Shown here: positions 1 through 13,839 of the stretch, one piece after another
Layout of the letters: the number at the start of each line of letters is the position of its first letter
How positions within the stretch are numbered: the stretch's first letter is position 1
From: Octopus vulgaris
Taxonomy: Eukaryota
Direction of reading: 5' to 3'
Length of the DNA stretch: 64,000 nucleotides
Assembly (NCBI GenBank): GCA_951406725.2
Contig: OX597826.1
Coordinates: forward strand, 57,288,001-57,352,000
Position numbers and translations under genes: made by a program
Notes under the pieces: generated by a model
What the model saw: only the letters and a program-made list of their open reading frames with translations
The model's database searches: none
What the model was told of the DNA's origin: nothing

Positions 1-859
1 ATATATATAGTACAGAGAGACAACAGGGTAATGCCATTTGTTGGAGAGGTTGGTTGAGAAGGTGAAAGGGGAAGCAGAATATAGTTCTACAAACACATCA
101 TATACACACTCACACGTTCATGAGAGAGAGAGTGAGAGAGAGAGAGAGAGTGTGTCTGTAATAGAACTGACCAAACCCATGACTGTGTAAACAACAGTGC
201 AGGTCATTTATCACTCCAAGGAACAAAAAGCTGATATATATTTTTTTCTTTTATTAACTCATTTATAATGGTGTGTGCTAATTGTTTACTGAAGTTATTT
301 AAAGGGTGTTAAATATTTAATTATACACAAAGAATTCCACATTAAGATAAAATTTTTTCCCTTTTATTTACTATTATTATTTTTACTTTTTGCACTTTTT
401 TGAAAAATCCTCCCCTGTCTGAAGTTGATGTTAGTGTAACAAAGAAAATGCTCTTGCATAAACTGTAAGAATTCAAGAATGATATATGAAATCAGGTTAT
501 AGATGAACGAAAATATCTATGATAAGATCTGTGTTCTTTATTGAAAAGAACTTATGGTCTGTTTTATAAGCAGATTTTCATACAAGATTGGTTTTTATTG
601 ATAACAGAAAACCAATACTCAACTCAGATGCATCTATATAGTGCATTGGTATCTTCAACTGGAGCAGAGAGAGATGTTATCCAAAGCTGAGCATTCCCAA
701 AATAGCAAAACACAAAACAAAATGTAAGAACCATTTATTTTATTTTATTTTCAAGTCATGTTTTGTTAATATATCAGAAAGTAATTCTCAAATTTTTAAG
801 ACAGATCAAATAAGATTAGAAGCAATGTAAACTTAGGGTTGTACTAGTTCTGCAATAAG

Positions 860-1293
<434 letters not shown>

Positions 1294-1872
1294 AATATAT
1301 CTGAGCATGTGACTGTGTGAGTGAGTGCATATGTGTATATGTGTGTGTGTGTGTGTGTAAAAATAATAAATATATGAAATGCATGTGATGAAAACCATTT
1401 TGTGATTTGTGCTTTTCTCATATTTGAAATGAATTTGTATTTCCTAATGGACAAATAATCTTACACAAACTCTAACTTTCGGATAAGAACTTTATCTTGT
1501 GATGACAACAATATTTTATAGAAAATATTAGGAACTTGGGATTTTAATAACTTCTAAAACAGAAGAGTTACTGAGATATAAAGATGCCAATAAGGTTACT
1601 GTATTCTTTTTTTTTTTTTTTTGCCTTTCTTTTGTACGTATCTGTATTTTTATATTTTTTTTAAAATCCTTCTTGTCATTTTGTCAAAATGTGGAAGGGA
1701 CTTGCAGAAACCTTAGAGCAAAAATCATATCATATATCATTTCACTTTAAAAGGTAAAACAGTAGAGATAAAGGCAAATGTAGTAAGAGAATATAATATC
1801 CAATATTATGGCAGTGAAGAGCAAGGGGAGGGAGGGAGAGAGAGAGAGTGTAGAACTGGTGATATGACATGT

Positions 1873-1910
<38 letters not shown>

Positions 1911-2139
1911 ACACTTAGATGCACACACTCAAACAAAATTTCACAAATTACACAGCAAAATTTGACAATTTTTTAATATTTTGGTTTATTAATTAACTGA
2001 TCTTTCTTTGAAGATTTTTGCTATATCTATCTCAGAACACAAGAATGATTATTCTGATCGATATTGGAAAAATTCACTAGATTTTTCTTGCATTTAATTA
2101 CATTTTCATGAATTAAAACAAAACATACACACACATATA

Positions 2140-2183
<44 letters not shown>

Positions 2184-3137
2184 TTTTGAGTAACACAACT
2201 ATAGGTGAAGAAAGAATTATCTTCAAGAAACAAAATAACTAATGTTTATTCATATAATCCCCCAAGCTAACTATTTTTAAAGCTTTAACTAATTTTTTGT
2301 TCTTGTTTTTAGTGTTGTTATTTTTTTCTCTCTTTTGTTAAATATTTCAACAGAAACAAAATCTTAGATTCCAATAGCCAATATGGCAAGATTTATTAAG
2401 AGATGCAATTATTAAATAAGTTGAATCGGTACTTCACAATAAAATCCAGCTTATCAGTAAAATTCTGCAGATATAATTCTATATTGAAATGGCCAGACAG
2501 AAATATGGTAATAAGAGATTAGAATTTTAAGCAAATACTTTAAAAACAAAAATTAAAATAAAATAAAACATTGTCTTGAATTGTGTCCATTCCTACACCA
2601 AGACAGAAACCCAAGCCACGTCATTTTTGTTTAGAAAACACAAACAATTGTTTTGTTTCATATATTGAAATTGGAACAAATTCAAGGCTTTAAAGAAGCA
2701 AATTGAAAGAGGAGAGTGACAGAGACAGAAGTGGGACGGGAGGTGCGGGTGGCAGATAAAGAGAGGGATAATAAAATACATTGATTTATTAATTTTTGAA
2801 ATTGTTACATGGGAAAAATGAATTAAACATTTCGCGGGGAGAAAAAAAAAATGCTTTTTAATTGTATTGATGTGTGCGTGCATGCATGCATCTGTGTGTG
2901 CGTGTGTGTGTGTGGTGTCCGTGTGTGTGTGAGAGAGAGAGAGAATTTTGTTTTCATAACATTCAAAGAACAAAATTAAATAATATATTTTATTCCTTTT
3001 TAAGAATCTGTATGTGAGGGGTGGGAAAGAGGAAAGGAAAGAATGCAAAGACATAAAGAAAAACGAGAAAGAGAAAGAAATTGAAAATAGAGTTACATAA
3101 TTTGTAGGAAATAAAGGAATTATTTTACTTCCAAAGC

Positions 3138-3209
<72 letters not shown>

Positions 3210-3249
3210 GACAGACATACAGAGAAATATAAATAGAGAAGCAATAGAT

Positions 3250-3870
3250 CTGTGTGTATATGTGTATGTATGCATATATATATATATGAATGTATATATA
3301 TGTATATACATGCATATATAGGTATATACATATATATATATGCATATATGAATATACATATGCACACGCATGTATATGCACATAATTATATACATATATG
3401 TACACATCCACATATACAGATGTATAGATATGTGTGTGTATATGTGCATATATATATATGTGCGTGTGTGTATATATGCATATATGTGCGTGTATATATG
3501 CATATATAAATGTGTATATAAGCATATATATTTGTATATATTTATATGCATTCATATATGTATATACATGCATATATGTATAATATGTATATACATATAT
3601 ATGCATATATGAATATACATATGCACACGCATGTATATGCACATAATTATATACATATATGTACACACACACATATATAGATGTATAGATATGTGTGTGT
3701 ATATGTGCATATATATATGTATGTATGTGTATATATGCATATATGTGTGTGTATATATGCATATATAAATGTGTATATAAGCATATATATTTGTACATTT
3801 ATATGCATATATGTTATATAAGTATATGCAACATAAGTATGTGTACATGTATGTATATGTGTGTATATAC
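3250..3870. repeat. Degenerate (TA/TG/CA) microsatellite containing a ~261 bp tandem duplication
   Basis: GAATATACATATGCACACGCATGTATATGCACATAATTATATAC starts at 3350 and again at 3611, with matching downstream sequence. Confidence 0.85.
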
Positions 3871-4340
3871 TTATTTGTGGTTGCATACGTATTGATGTCT
3901 GTTTATTTGTTACATATGATGAGAAACCCAGTTCTCTAATTCTAATCTTGCCAATATTCCAAATTAAGACCTATTATCTGTCCTTTTCTATGATTTGCTA
4001 TAATCATAGCTAGCTGTAAAATATTAGAGCAAATAGTTCTTACAACAAATTTGCAAACAAAGCCAGCCTTGAATGTAGCAAAGCGAAAACTAAAATTTGA
4101 ATTAGTGCAGTTAGAAAATTATATTTGACTTTTGTATATTTTGGTGGTGTTGAAGTTTCAAACTATAAGGATTTAAATATTAAGTATTATCTTCTATCTG
4201 AGTGTTATACAAATGTCTGTAGATGACAGTAGGGCCAAATGAAGTAAAAGATCTCATTTATTAGGTTTCATTATTATAGGATGGCTAGAAGGTAAAGAGG
4301 TTCATCTAACCTATAGGAAAGAATATGAATTTAGTAGTGC

Positions 4341-4379
<39 letters not shown>

Positions 4380-4751
4380 AATGATAATGATGAAAACAAT
4401 GATGATAATAATGATGATGATGACAATGTTGATGATAATGATGAATATGATGATGATGATGATGACAATGTTGATGATAATGATGAAAACAATGATGATA
4501 ATAATGATGTTGATGATAATGATGAAAACAATGATGATAATAATGATGATGATGACAATGTTGATGATAATGATGAAGATGATGATGATGATGATAATGT
4601 TGATGATAATGATGAAAACAATGATGATAATGATGATGATGACAATGTTGATGATAATGATGAAGATGATGATGATGACAATTTTGATGATAATGATGAT
4701 TACAATGATGATAATAATGATGATGATGACAATGTTGATGATAATGATGAA

Positions 4752-4792
<41 letters not shown>

Positions 4793-5357
4793 CAATGTTG
4801 ATGATGATTACAATGATAAAGGCAACAATGACAGTGAAGTTGACTGCTGATGAAAGCAAAACTGGCAATGATGATGGTGAAAGAATAAGTGACAACAGCA
4901 ACAATAGTAACAGTACAAGTGATGACGATGACAACAACAGTAACAATAAAAATGACAATGATGATAGCAGTGATGATAATGCTGATGATGGAAACAATGA
5001 CTATGGTGATAATGGTGACAATTTTGATGATGGTGATGATGACGATGACAATGACGAGGAGAATGAGAATGACAATGATGATGATGATGACAATATTACC
5101 TTCGATGATAATGATGAGATCAACAAAGACTGTGATGGTCGTGAAGATAATTGCAATGACATTAGTGATGAAGCTATTGGCAACAGTGATGGAGATGAAA
5201 CAGATGACAAAAGTGATGACAACATTAGTAGGGACACTGATGAAGTACACAACCTAAGTGATGAGGACATTGGTAAGAACAATAACAATGTAGATGATGT
5301 AAGTGAGGACAATACTAGGAACAGTGATGATGATGGTAATGATGACAACAAAGATAG
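4341..5357. repeat. (ATG)n trinucleotide array with higher-order units, decaying into cryptic GAT/GAC/AAT repeat
   Basis: Recurring subunits ATGACAATGTTGATGATAATGATGAA and AAAACAATGATGATAATA; all ORFs here are poly-M/H/I/S/D low complexity. Confidence 0.95.
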
Positions 5358-5372
5358 CAATGCAGATATATG

Positions 5373-5667
5373 TTGTTTGTTCCTTCTCGAGCCATGCCTG
5401 GCTCAGAAGGGTCGGTTTCCATGGCGTATAGGTTCTTAGCCTGGACGGGACGCCGGTCCATCGCAGGTGAGCTGCTAGATGCAGGAGGAAAGAGTGAGAG
5501 AAAGTTGTGGTGAAGGAGTCAGCAGAAGTCCACCATTATCTTCTTCCGGAGCCGCATGGAGCTTAGGTGTTTTGCTCATAAACACTCACATTGCCCGCTC
5601 TGAGATTCGAACCCGCGATCCCTCAACCGCGAGTCCACTGCTCTAACCACTAGGCCATGTGCCTCCA
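5373..5667 (-). mobile_element. Full-length tRNA-derived SINE (family B) with 15 bp TSD
   Basis: Minus strand: A box TGGCCTAGTGG, B box GGTTCGAATC, 3' end ...AACAAACAA. TSD CAATGCAGATATATG at 5358-5372 and 5668-5682. CpGs well retained, so probably young. Confidence 0.92.
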
Positions 5668-5897
5668 CAATGCAGATATATGGTGTATTTGGAACATCAA
5701 ATGCTTTGCTCACACTTAGTTATTTTAGTTTATTATCTGAAAGCCATTGGACAGCTTAATCAGTCTCTGCCAAATGAATTTCACTAAAAAACTAGGGTTA
5801 AATAGCAACCCAATTTCACTCAAAAACTTAAGGTCATGATAAAAGCACTTGTTCAAGATGAGATCAAACTAAGGATCTCATGAGAGTACCCAGTATA

Positions 5898-6114
5898 TGA
5901 GGGGTTGCTGAAAAGTTTCTAGCTTTAAAAGTATTACAAAAGTCCTGGTTGGAGGCCCAAACTTCTGGGTTCTTTTACATGGCTTAGAAAACCAGAAGGA
6001 CCACTGAAATAAGTGTGTTAATCTTAAAGGGAAATATGTTGAATAAAATCATAATTAACTGGCCCTCCTGTATTTTCTTTTATCCAAAGCCAGGAACTTT
6101 GCTGTACCCCCTCA
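5898..6114 (+). mobile_element. Mariner-derived MITE
   Basis: TIRs TGAGGGGTTGCTGAAAAGTTTCTAGCTTT / AAAGCCAGGAACTTTGCTGTACCCCCTCA, TA on the left flank. Internal remnant encodes NKCVNLKGKYVE*, like the mariner transposase C-terminus. Confidence 0.82.
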
Positions 6115-6604
6115 TGAATGAGATGACCATCCAGCCATGCCTGAAGCTACATTATATATCATCTAATCATGTTCACATATGAGCATTTATACACATACAT
6201 ACACACTATTATTATACCACTTCATCGTATATCCTATTGTACTAAATTCTTATTAAAGTATCAAAATCATTAGCCAATATTTTGATCAGATAAAAAAGAA
6301 CACTAAACATCTTCTTCAGGAAAGACCAGCAGTCTGGCAAGCCTCAACTCATATTCTGCTATTGATAACAAATATCAGAAGAAACAAAGATAATTCAATT
6401 TAAAATGATATTTTATTTTCAAAGTTTTAAAATTTTCTTCCTTCTTGTACATTCACATGCAACTCACATATATTCAGACATATATTTCATTCCATGTCAA
6501 CCACACATCCATTCAATATTATATACATACAATTATATTCAACAATACATGCATTTGATGCATTTAATTACATACAAGTACTTGAATATATATATATATA
6601 TATA

Positions 6605-6808
6605 GTTAATCCAAACAAGAAAGCACAAAAAAACATAACAACGCGAGGTCGTGGAACAAATATAGTATTATTGGACGCTCAGGAAAGAAGGAAAGAAGGA
6701 GGGTTTAACGTTTCGAGCGGAGCTCTTTGTTGGAAACATAGGAGAAGGAAAGATCCAGAGAAGGGAAGACAGAGGAAAAAAATCGCCAACGGTACACACA
6801 TGGTCACA
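6605..6808 (-). mobile_element. Penelope-like terminal repeat, copy 1 (hammerhead-like core 6703-6737)
   Basis: Diverged reverse complement of 6828-7028. Minus strand has GAGC-TCC-GCTC-GAAA-CGTT-AAAC. Flanked by (TA)n. Confidence 0.7.
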
Positions 6809-6827
6809 TTTTGAATATATATATATA

Positions 6828-7028
6828 GCCACATGTGAATTGTTGGTGATTTTCTACCTCCGTCTTCCTTTTTCTATTGGACTTTCCTCTGCTTCTGAAG
6901 AAGAACTCTGCTTGAAATGTTAAACTATCTTTCTTTACTTCCCTGAGCGTCTACTAATACTTTACATGTACTACGTCCTCGCGTTGTTTTTTTTTTTGTG
7001 TGTTTGTTCTTCGTTTTTTGGGATTTAC
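6828..7028 (+). mobile_element. Penelope-like terminal repeat, copy 2 (hammerhead-like core 6891-6925)
   Basis: CTGAAGA (6895-6901), decayed stem II, GAAA (6914-6917), TGTT, AAAC. Ends GGATTTAC, mirroring GTTAATCC at 6605. Confidence 0.7.
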
Positions 7029-7059
<31 letters not shown>

Positions 7060-7208
7060 TAATGTATGGATAAACACACATATACAAAATTATACACGCA
7101 AATACCAATACCTAGCACTTGCCAGTATTCAAACATACATACATATTTTTATGCATTTATTAATGCATTCACCACAAAACAAACACTTACATATGCACAC
7201 AATATACA

Positions 7209-7262
<54 letters not shown>

Positions 7263-7355
7263 AGGACACATATAATCACACACATTTTTAGACACTTAAT
7301 ATATTCCCAGCAAGATTCATGCATGCATGCGCACACACACATACACATGCATTCA

Positions 7356-7404
<49 letters not shown>

Positions 7405-7985
7405 TGGGGAGAGAAAGAGAGAGAGATCCATACATTCACAAACGCACACAGATTAATATTGTTATTATTTATTAACTGGATGAACGTGGACTCCCCGCAA
7501 TTTGAAAATCAGGAAGAAAATGTTACAAAGTTGCTGCAAATCATTCACTTCCACTGCACCAATTACTGCACCATAGCTTGCTATATGCTGTCTGCAGAGG
7601 AAATTGATGTTATGATGTTCAGCTTTATCAGACTTTCTTTTTCTAATTTGCTGTAATCATTTTATAATAATTGCTCACAGTATGTGCAGCATTACAGATT
7701 ATGACAAAGACAAAATATAGTAAAAAAAAAAAAAATAATAATAATAATATAAAATATGAAGGGAGGAAAGAAAAAAAAAAACTGTCGTGGTGGGGCAACA
7801 CATGAAATTAAAGGAAAATATATAAATAAAAATAGTAGGAAAGAAAAGAAAATCCTGTCCGTCAGTGTCTATCTGAGAATATAATAGATTGGAAGTAAAA
7901 TTGACAGATTTTTTTGCCTTGAGCTAACTTTCTGGAGTATTTTGAACAAGTCTTTTACACACACATACACACACCTCTTTCTTTC

Positions 7986-8019
<34 letters not shown>

Positions 8020-8110
8020 GCACACAGTCTGAAAGTTCCACATGCAATCATATACATCATTATATTTATACTAATGATTAGAGTTAGTTTCGTTACCATG
8101 CAAAAGTGGA

Positions 8111-8175
<65 letters not shown>

Positions 8176-8356
8176 GCACACATACACTGACAACTTTCAC
8201 ACTCCCAAGATACATAACAAATGCATGCAATCTGCGTGCAGATTTACATAGAACACACACTATGTGCATACCCATCACTTATGCCGTTCGACATACAATT
8301 ATACAAACAATTATGTTCACACTCACATGACAGTGTACAATCAGTGTACACACACA

Positions 8357-8570
<214 letters not shown>

Positions 8571-8875
8571 GTATATGCAAATACATACATGCATGCATAC
8601 ATGCATTTGCACATGTATGTATGTACACATGCACATGCACACACAACACATGCCTAGACCTCCTTGACTTGTTTTTGTTCCTCGCCAGGTCTCCTGAATC
8701 CTCACCCACCACAACCAAACACAATTCAAGACAGCTAATCAGTAACTTCTACTTTAGGCCAAAAAATCTGGGACCACATTAGAGTGAAGTGTGGGGGTGT
8801 ATAAAGACAGGGGTCTGGAAATGTTATTGTCAACAGAACTCTGTTGGAGGACAATAATAACTTCCTCATCCCCTT

Positions 8876-8930
<55 letters not shown>

Positions 8931-8938
8931 ACACATAT

Positions 8939-8981
<43 letters not shown>

Positions 8982-9005
8982 CACACACACACTTATGTAT
9001 GTATG

Positions 9006-9048
<43 letters not shown>

Positions 9049-9575
9049 CTTCTACTTTCTCCTTCTTTCCTGTCTCTCTTCTCTTTATCCCTTGCTTTTA
9101 CTCTCTTTTTTACCTTTCTCTCCTGTAGCCCCCATAGTATGTCGTTGTCCTCATCTATTTGGACAGTCTTAGAAAATAGAAAAAATAAACACGTACATAT
9201 GACAAGATTTAATATTCTTAACATATAGTTTTATTAACTAAACGAACAAGCAAACAACGAAAGAAATGAAAAATGAAAGGTAAAAGAAAAATATCCCTAA
9301 AGGAGGATATCAAATAATGATTTCGTTCTGAGGGCGAAGGCGTATTTTATAAATGCAGGGAAGAATATAGACAAATTAATCATCCTCACTATTTTACAAG
9401 TACTTTCTTTTAATAAACTCAGAGAGATGAACAGCAAAGTCAATTCTTGCAGAATTAGAACGCAAAAGAGTAAAACACTAAGAAAATCAGGAGATGAAAT
9501 TAAAAGATAAAATAGATTACAAAGACTATATACATCTTCCATGGTTGAGAAGTGAACTTTCTAACCATACAGCCA

Positions 9576-9616
<41 letters not shown>

Positions 9617-9633
9617 GTCTATCTATCTGTCTG

Positions 9634-9692
<59 letters not shown>

Positions 9693-9713
9693 GTCTATCT
9701 ATCTATCTATCTA

Positions 9714-9752
<39 letters not shown>

Positions 9753-9753
9753 G

Positions 9754-9795
<42 letters not shown>
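9576..9795. repeat. (TATC/TGTC)n tetranucleotide microsatellite
   Basis: Direct reading. Confidence 0.97.
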
Positions 9796-9796
<1 letters not shown>

Positions 9797-9849
9797 CTTT
9801 ATCTGCCTACCTACCCCTCTCTCTCACTCTCTCATTATATTCTTTCATT

Positions 9850-10238
9850 CTTTTATTCTTTTATTTTTTTCAGTCATTTGAGTGCAGCCATGCTGGAGCA
9901 CCACCTTTAGGTTGAGCAAATCAACCTCAGGACTTATTCTTTGTAAGCCTAGTACTTATTCTATCAGGCTCTTTTGCTGAACCGTTAAGTTACGGGGATG
10001 TAAACACACCAGCATCATCTGTCAAGCGATGTTGTGGGGACACACAAACACACACACACATATATATATATATATGATGGGCTTCTTTCAGTTTCTGTCT
10101 ACCAAATTCATTCACAAGGCTTTGGTCAGCCCGAGGCTATAGTAGAAGACACTTGCCCAAGGTGCCATGCAGTGGGACTGAACCTGGAACCATGTGGTTG
10201 GTAAGCAAGCTACTCATCAAAAAGTCACTCTTGTGCCT
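9850..10238 (-). mobile_element. tRNA-derived SINE family A (~410 bp, octopus-type)
   Basis: Aligns by eye to copies at 20123, 26325 and 58793: B box GGTTCAGTCCC, CORE-like CCTTGGGCAAGTG, internal (TA)/(TG) tract, (TAAAAGA) tail. Confidence 0.92.
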
Positions 10239-10253
10239 ACATATATATAAAAA

Positions 10254-10391
<138 letters not shown>

Positions 10392-10850
10392 CACATACAC
10401 ACACACACACACATTCTCATACAGTATTTTTAAGAAATGAAAAAAACTGAACTTAAAGCAAATTAATAGCTAATGAGTTTCAGTATCAGCAGAATAGCTA
10501 TATGAATGATATATTTTGCTACCACTCAAATTTTTGTATAGATTTTAAATACAAAGCAATACTTGAAAACTATATTTAATTTGTCTCAATGCCAGAACCA
10601 TGAAAACACAGTAAACTGAGTTCATGCTATACCTGACTGTCTTTTTACAACACTACTCAGCCCTTGAATAACATTAGCATAGTCCACCTTTTTGCATGCT
10701 TTTGGCTCAGATCTCTAGTCTAAGTACTCATGGCTCAACATCTGGATGTATTGCTTCCTTCTATAGCGCCCCAAGAGTAATTCTTTCTTCTTCCCTCTCT
10801 CCACTGCCTGTCTTAGTGACTCTAAAATGTAATGGTCTCTGTTATTCATA

Positions 10851-11272
10851 TCTCTATCAGCACCGTCAAAGTTGACTCTCGGTTACTCATTGGATCAGTG
10901 TCCTCTAGTCAGTTCTATCCTGGGCCGCTTCCTTCAGATTGGCCATGTCCATTCCAGTATCACTCCTGATGGTGTGAAGCCAGCGGGTTCTTGGTCGGCC
11001 TCTTCCCCTCTTGCCACTGACCATTCTGAGTATGATGCCCTTCTCCAGAGATTTTCTCCGCATAATATGACCGAAATATGCCAATCTACGCTTGGTGATC
11101 CCAGCTTCTAGCGACATTTTCGGCCCTATCTGCTTAAGAACTTCTGCATTGGTGAGCCTCGTTGTCCATGGAATCCGCAAAAGTCTTCTCCAACACCAAA
11201 GCTCAAATGCATTAATTCTCTTCTGGCCAGCTTTCTTTAGTGTCCAGGTCTATGGATCAAAAGTGTAAGAAT
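10851..11272 (-). mobile_element. 5'-truncated RTE-clade (BovB-like) LINE 3' end
   Basis: Minus translation TWTLKKAGQKRINAFELWCWRRLLRIPWT...LAYFGHIMRR..SLEKGIIL..GKRGRGRPRTRWL...AAQDR, a typical RTE C-terminus, with in-frame stops near the end. TSD TCTGTTATTCATA at 10838-10850 and 11273-11285. Confidence 0.9.
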
Positions 11273-12953
11273 TCTGTTATTCATACTCTGATCAAATCAC
11301 TAGGGCGATGAAATATTGGGGTTCTAGCTCATGGGTCATGTGTTCAAATAGTATTATAGACTCGCTTGATTTCTTGTTCAAAGTGTTGCAGTGTCTACAT
11401 TTCTCAGTTCAAATAGTTGCTAATATTATACTGCTGTTTAGCCTTAGGTCATCCCTGATTGAGGAAGCCTCTAGAATGGTCACAGCTGGAACACATAGAG
11501 AGTTGAAGCTAGTTGTGTTCCAGCCATGATCCTCCAATAATGCTTCAAATACTACACTGTCTAAAGTGTACTCCATTTTGTAAGTTTGCAGATGTAATCA
11601 AAAAGAGAATTGCTACTATTTCAAGCAAGGAAAAAGACTAGGTATAAGCTTTTTAGTTGGTTCATTGAACTAGAAGTGAGGAAGAGTGTTATCTATAACA
11701 GAGAAGCATTGCTCCCAATCCATTGGTAGATTTTTCTCTTATTTTCTTGATGGTGTTGAATCCATATTTATAATTTTCTATTGGTATGTGAAAATAGAGA
11801 CCATACATACACAAAACTAAACCACATAAAAGGAATTAAAACTAAAATCATTCTAAACACATTCTCATTTATATAAATTACAAAAGCAAAACAAAACAAA
11901 AAAATAATGCTTTCAATATTACATATATATAGCTATGATATTTAATTTTTTTAAAACTCAATAAATTATTACTTTCAGCCTCACATTGGTGTTTGAATAA
12001 ATGTGTTTGTATGTATCTGTCTACCTATCTAGCTTGTGTATGTATAAGTGATAGAGGAATAAATTTTGACTTTTAATCTGTTCATATAAAGGAAATTAAT
12101 ATAGCTTTGAAATTAATATGGAATGAATAAAAATCAGTGTAAAATAATATTTTGAAAGTAATTAGATATTTAGTCAAATAATAGTTTAACGCAAACAAAC
12201 ACTCTTTTTCTCTTGCACACAATCTCTGGCACACGCATACAGACATGCATATACACACAAAACATCATGAACACACAATGGCCGTCACTGATGCAAGAAC
12301 AACAAGAACAACATACTGCATTTATTAACTTTATAGAATCTATTCTAGTTTATTTTTAAAAATAATTACTTTGAAATATTACTGTTTCTCATGGTTCATG
12401 GATTTAAGTCTATAAATTTAACTGTGGAACACAAAGTTGAAAGCCATTCAGGAAATTTTCCACACCAATATATTTCCTTGGAAACAAGCTGAGGGAGGTG
12501 GTGGACATGATATAGGGTAGGTTGAAAGTTTGGTGAAAATAATAATAATGAAAAAAAGCTAAAGAGCAAAAAACAAATTGACAAATAATGCGATAGAAAT
12601 TTATAAATAAAATAACCATTGAAATATAACATATGTGCAAAGGTGTGTATATGTGTATATATATGTATGTGTGTACATATGTATATGTATATCTATATGC
12701 ATGTGCATATATATATACATGTGTATATATATATATATGTATATACATATGTCTGTGTATGTGTGCATATACACACACACATAGATAAGTGTATATGTAT
12801 ATAAAGTGTATTTGTATGGTAGTGGATGTGAAAAGAGAATAATAATAATAATAAAACACTTTATTTTTTATATAATAGATATACATAAATAGTTGATGTT
12901 TTGAATTTATGCAGAAATCAATAGACAATTAATGACGACACTACTTTTACGAC

Positions 12954-12978
12954 GATGATGATGATGACGATGATGATA

Positions 12979-13026
<48 letters not shown>

Positions 13027-13035
13027 GTGTTGTTG

Positions 13036-13107
<72 letters not shown>

Positions 13108-13118
13108 GTGTTGATGAA
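12954..13118. repeat. (ATG)n microsatellite
   Basis: Direct reading. Confidence 0.95.
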
Positions 13119-13380
13119 GATTGGATGTTTAAAAAAAAAATCCCCTAATTAGCTTCCAGAAGAGCAAAATTATTCCATGAATTAAAAAACCTCCATCCAA
13201 CCCCAGAAAAACTTCCTAATCTATCATGTTGGTCTTTTTGGTACCACTGAAAAATGTATGAAAATATAAAAATAATAAAGTAAAAAAAAAAAGAAATTTT
13301 TAAATTAAACAAGATAGAAAAAGACAATAGCAAAACAGAAACTTTTCGACTTTAGCCCTGAGTTCCATTAGATTACTTCT

Positions 13381-13416
<36 letters not shown>

Positions 13417-13626
13417 TCAATTCAACTCCATAAATTCCCAGTATAGTTTATTAGAAACTTTGTCACCAACATAAAAATGTTATATCGTTTGGCGTTTCTG
13501 TCTCCTATCATTTCTCTTTCTTGTGTATTTTTTATTATACTGTATTTTAATGTATTTTATTTTATACTTCTTTGTTACTTTGAGAGTCCACCAGCCATAA
13601 ATGAGAAGGTTTTAAAATTTATATAG

Positions 13627-13627
<1 letters not shown>

Positions 13628-13689
<62 letters not shown>

Positions 13690-13780
13690 AATATATATAC
13701 ATATATATATACATACATACATATATACATAAATATATATATATATATATATATGAATATATATATATACACACACACAT

Positions 13781-13838
<58 letters not shown>
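13628..13838. repeat. Compound (TA)n/(CA)n microsatellite
   Basis: Direct reading. Confidence 0.95.

Positions 13839-13839
<1 letters not shown>

Noticed and set aside
4306-5439. Poly-Met/Asp-rich 365 aa ORF and His-rich 314 aa ORF
   Set aside because: The (ATG)n array is open in most frames, the plus ORF ends inside a SINE, and there is no splice or homology evidence.
5590-5667. Possible tRNA gene
   Set aside because: It is the head of a SINE bounded by a 15 bp TSD and lacks a complete acceptor stem.
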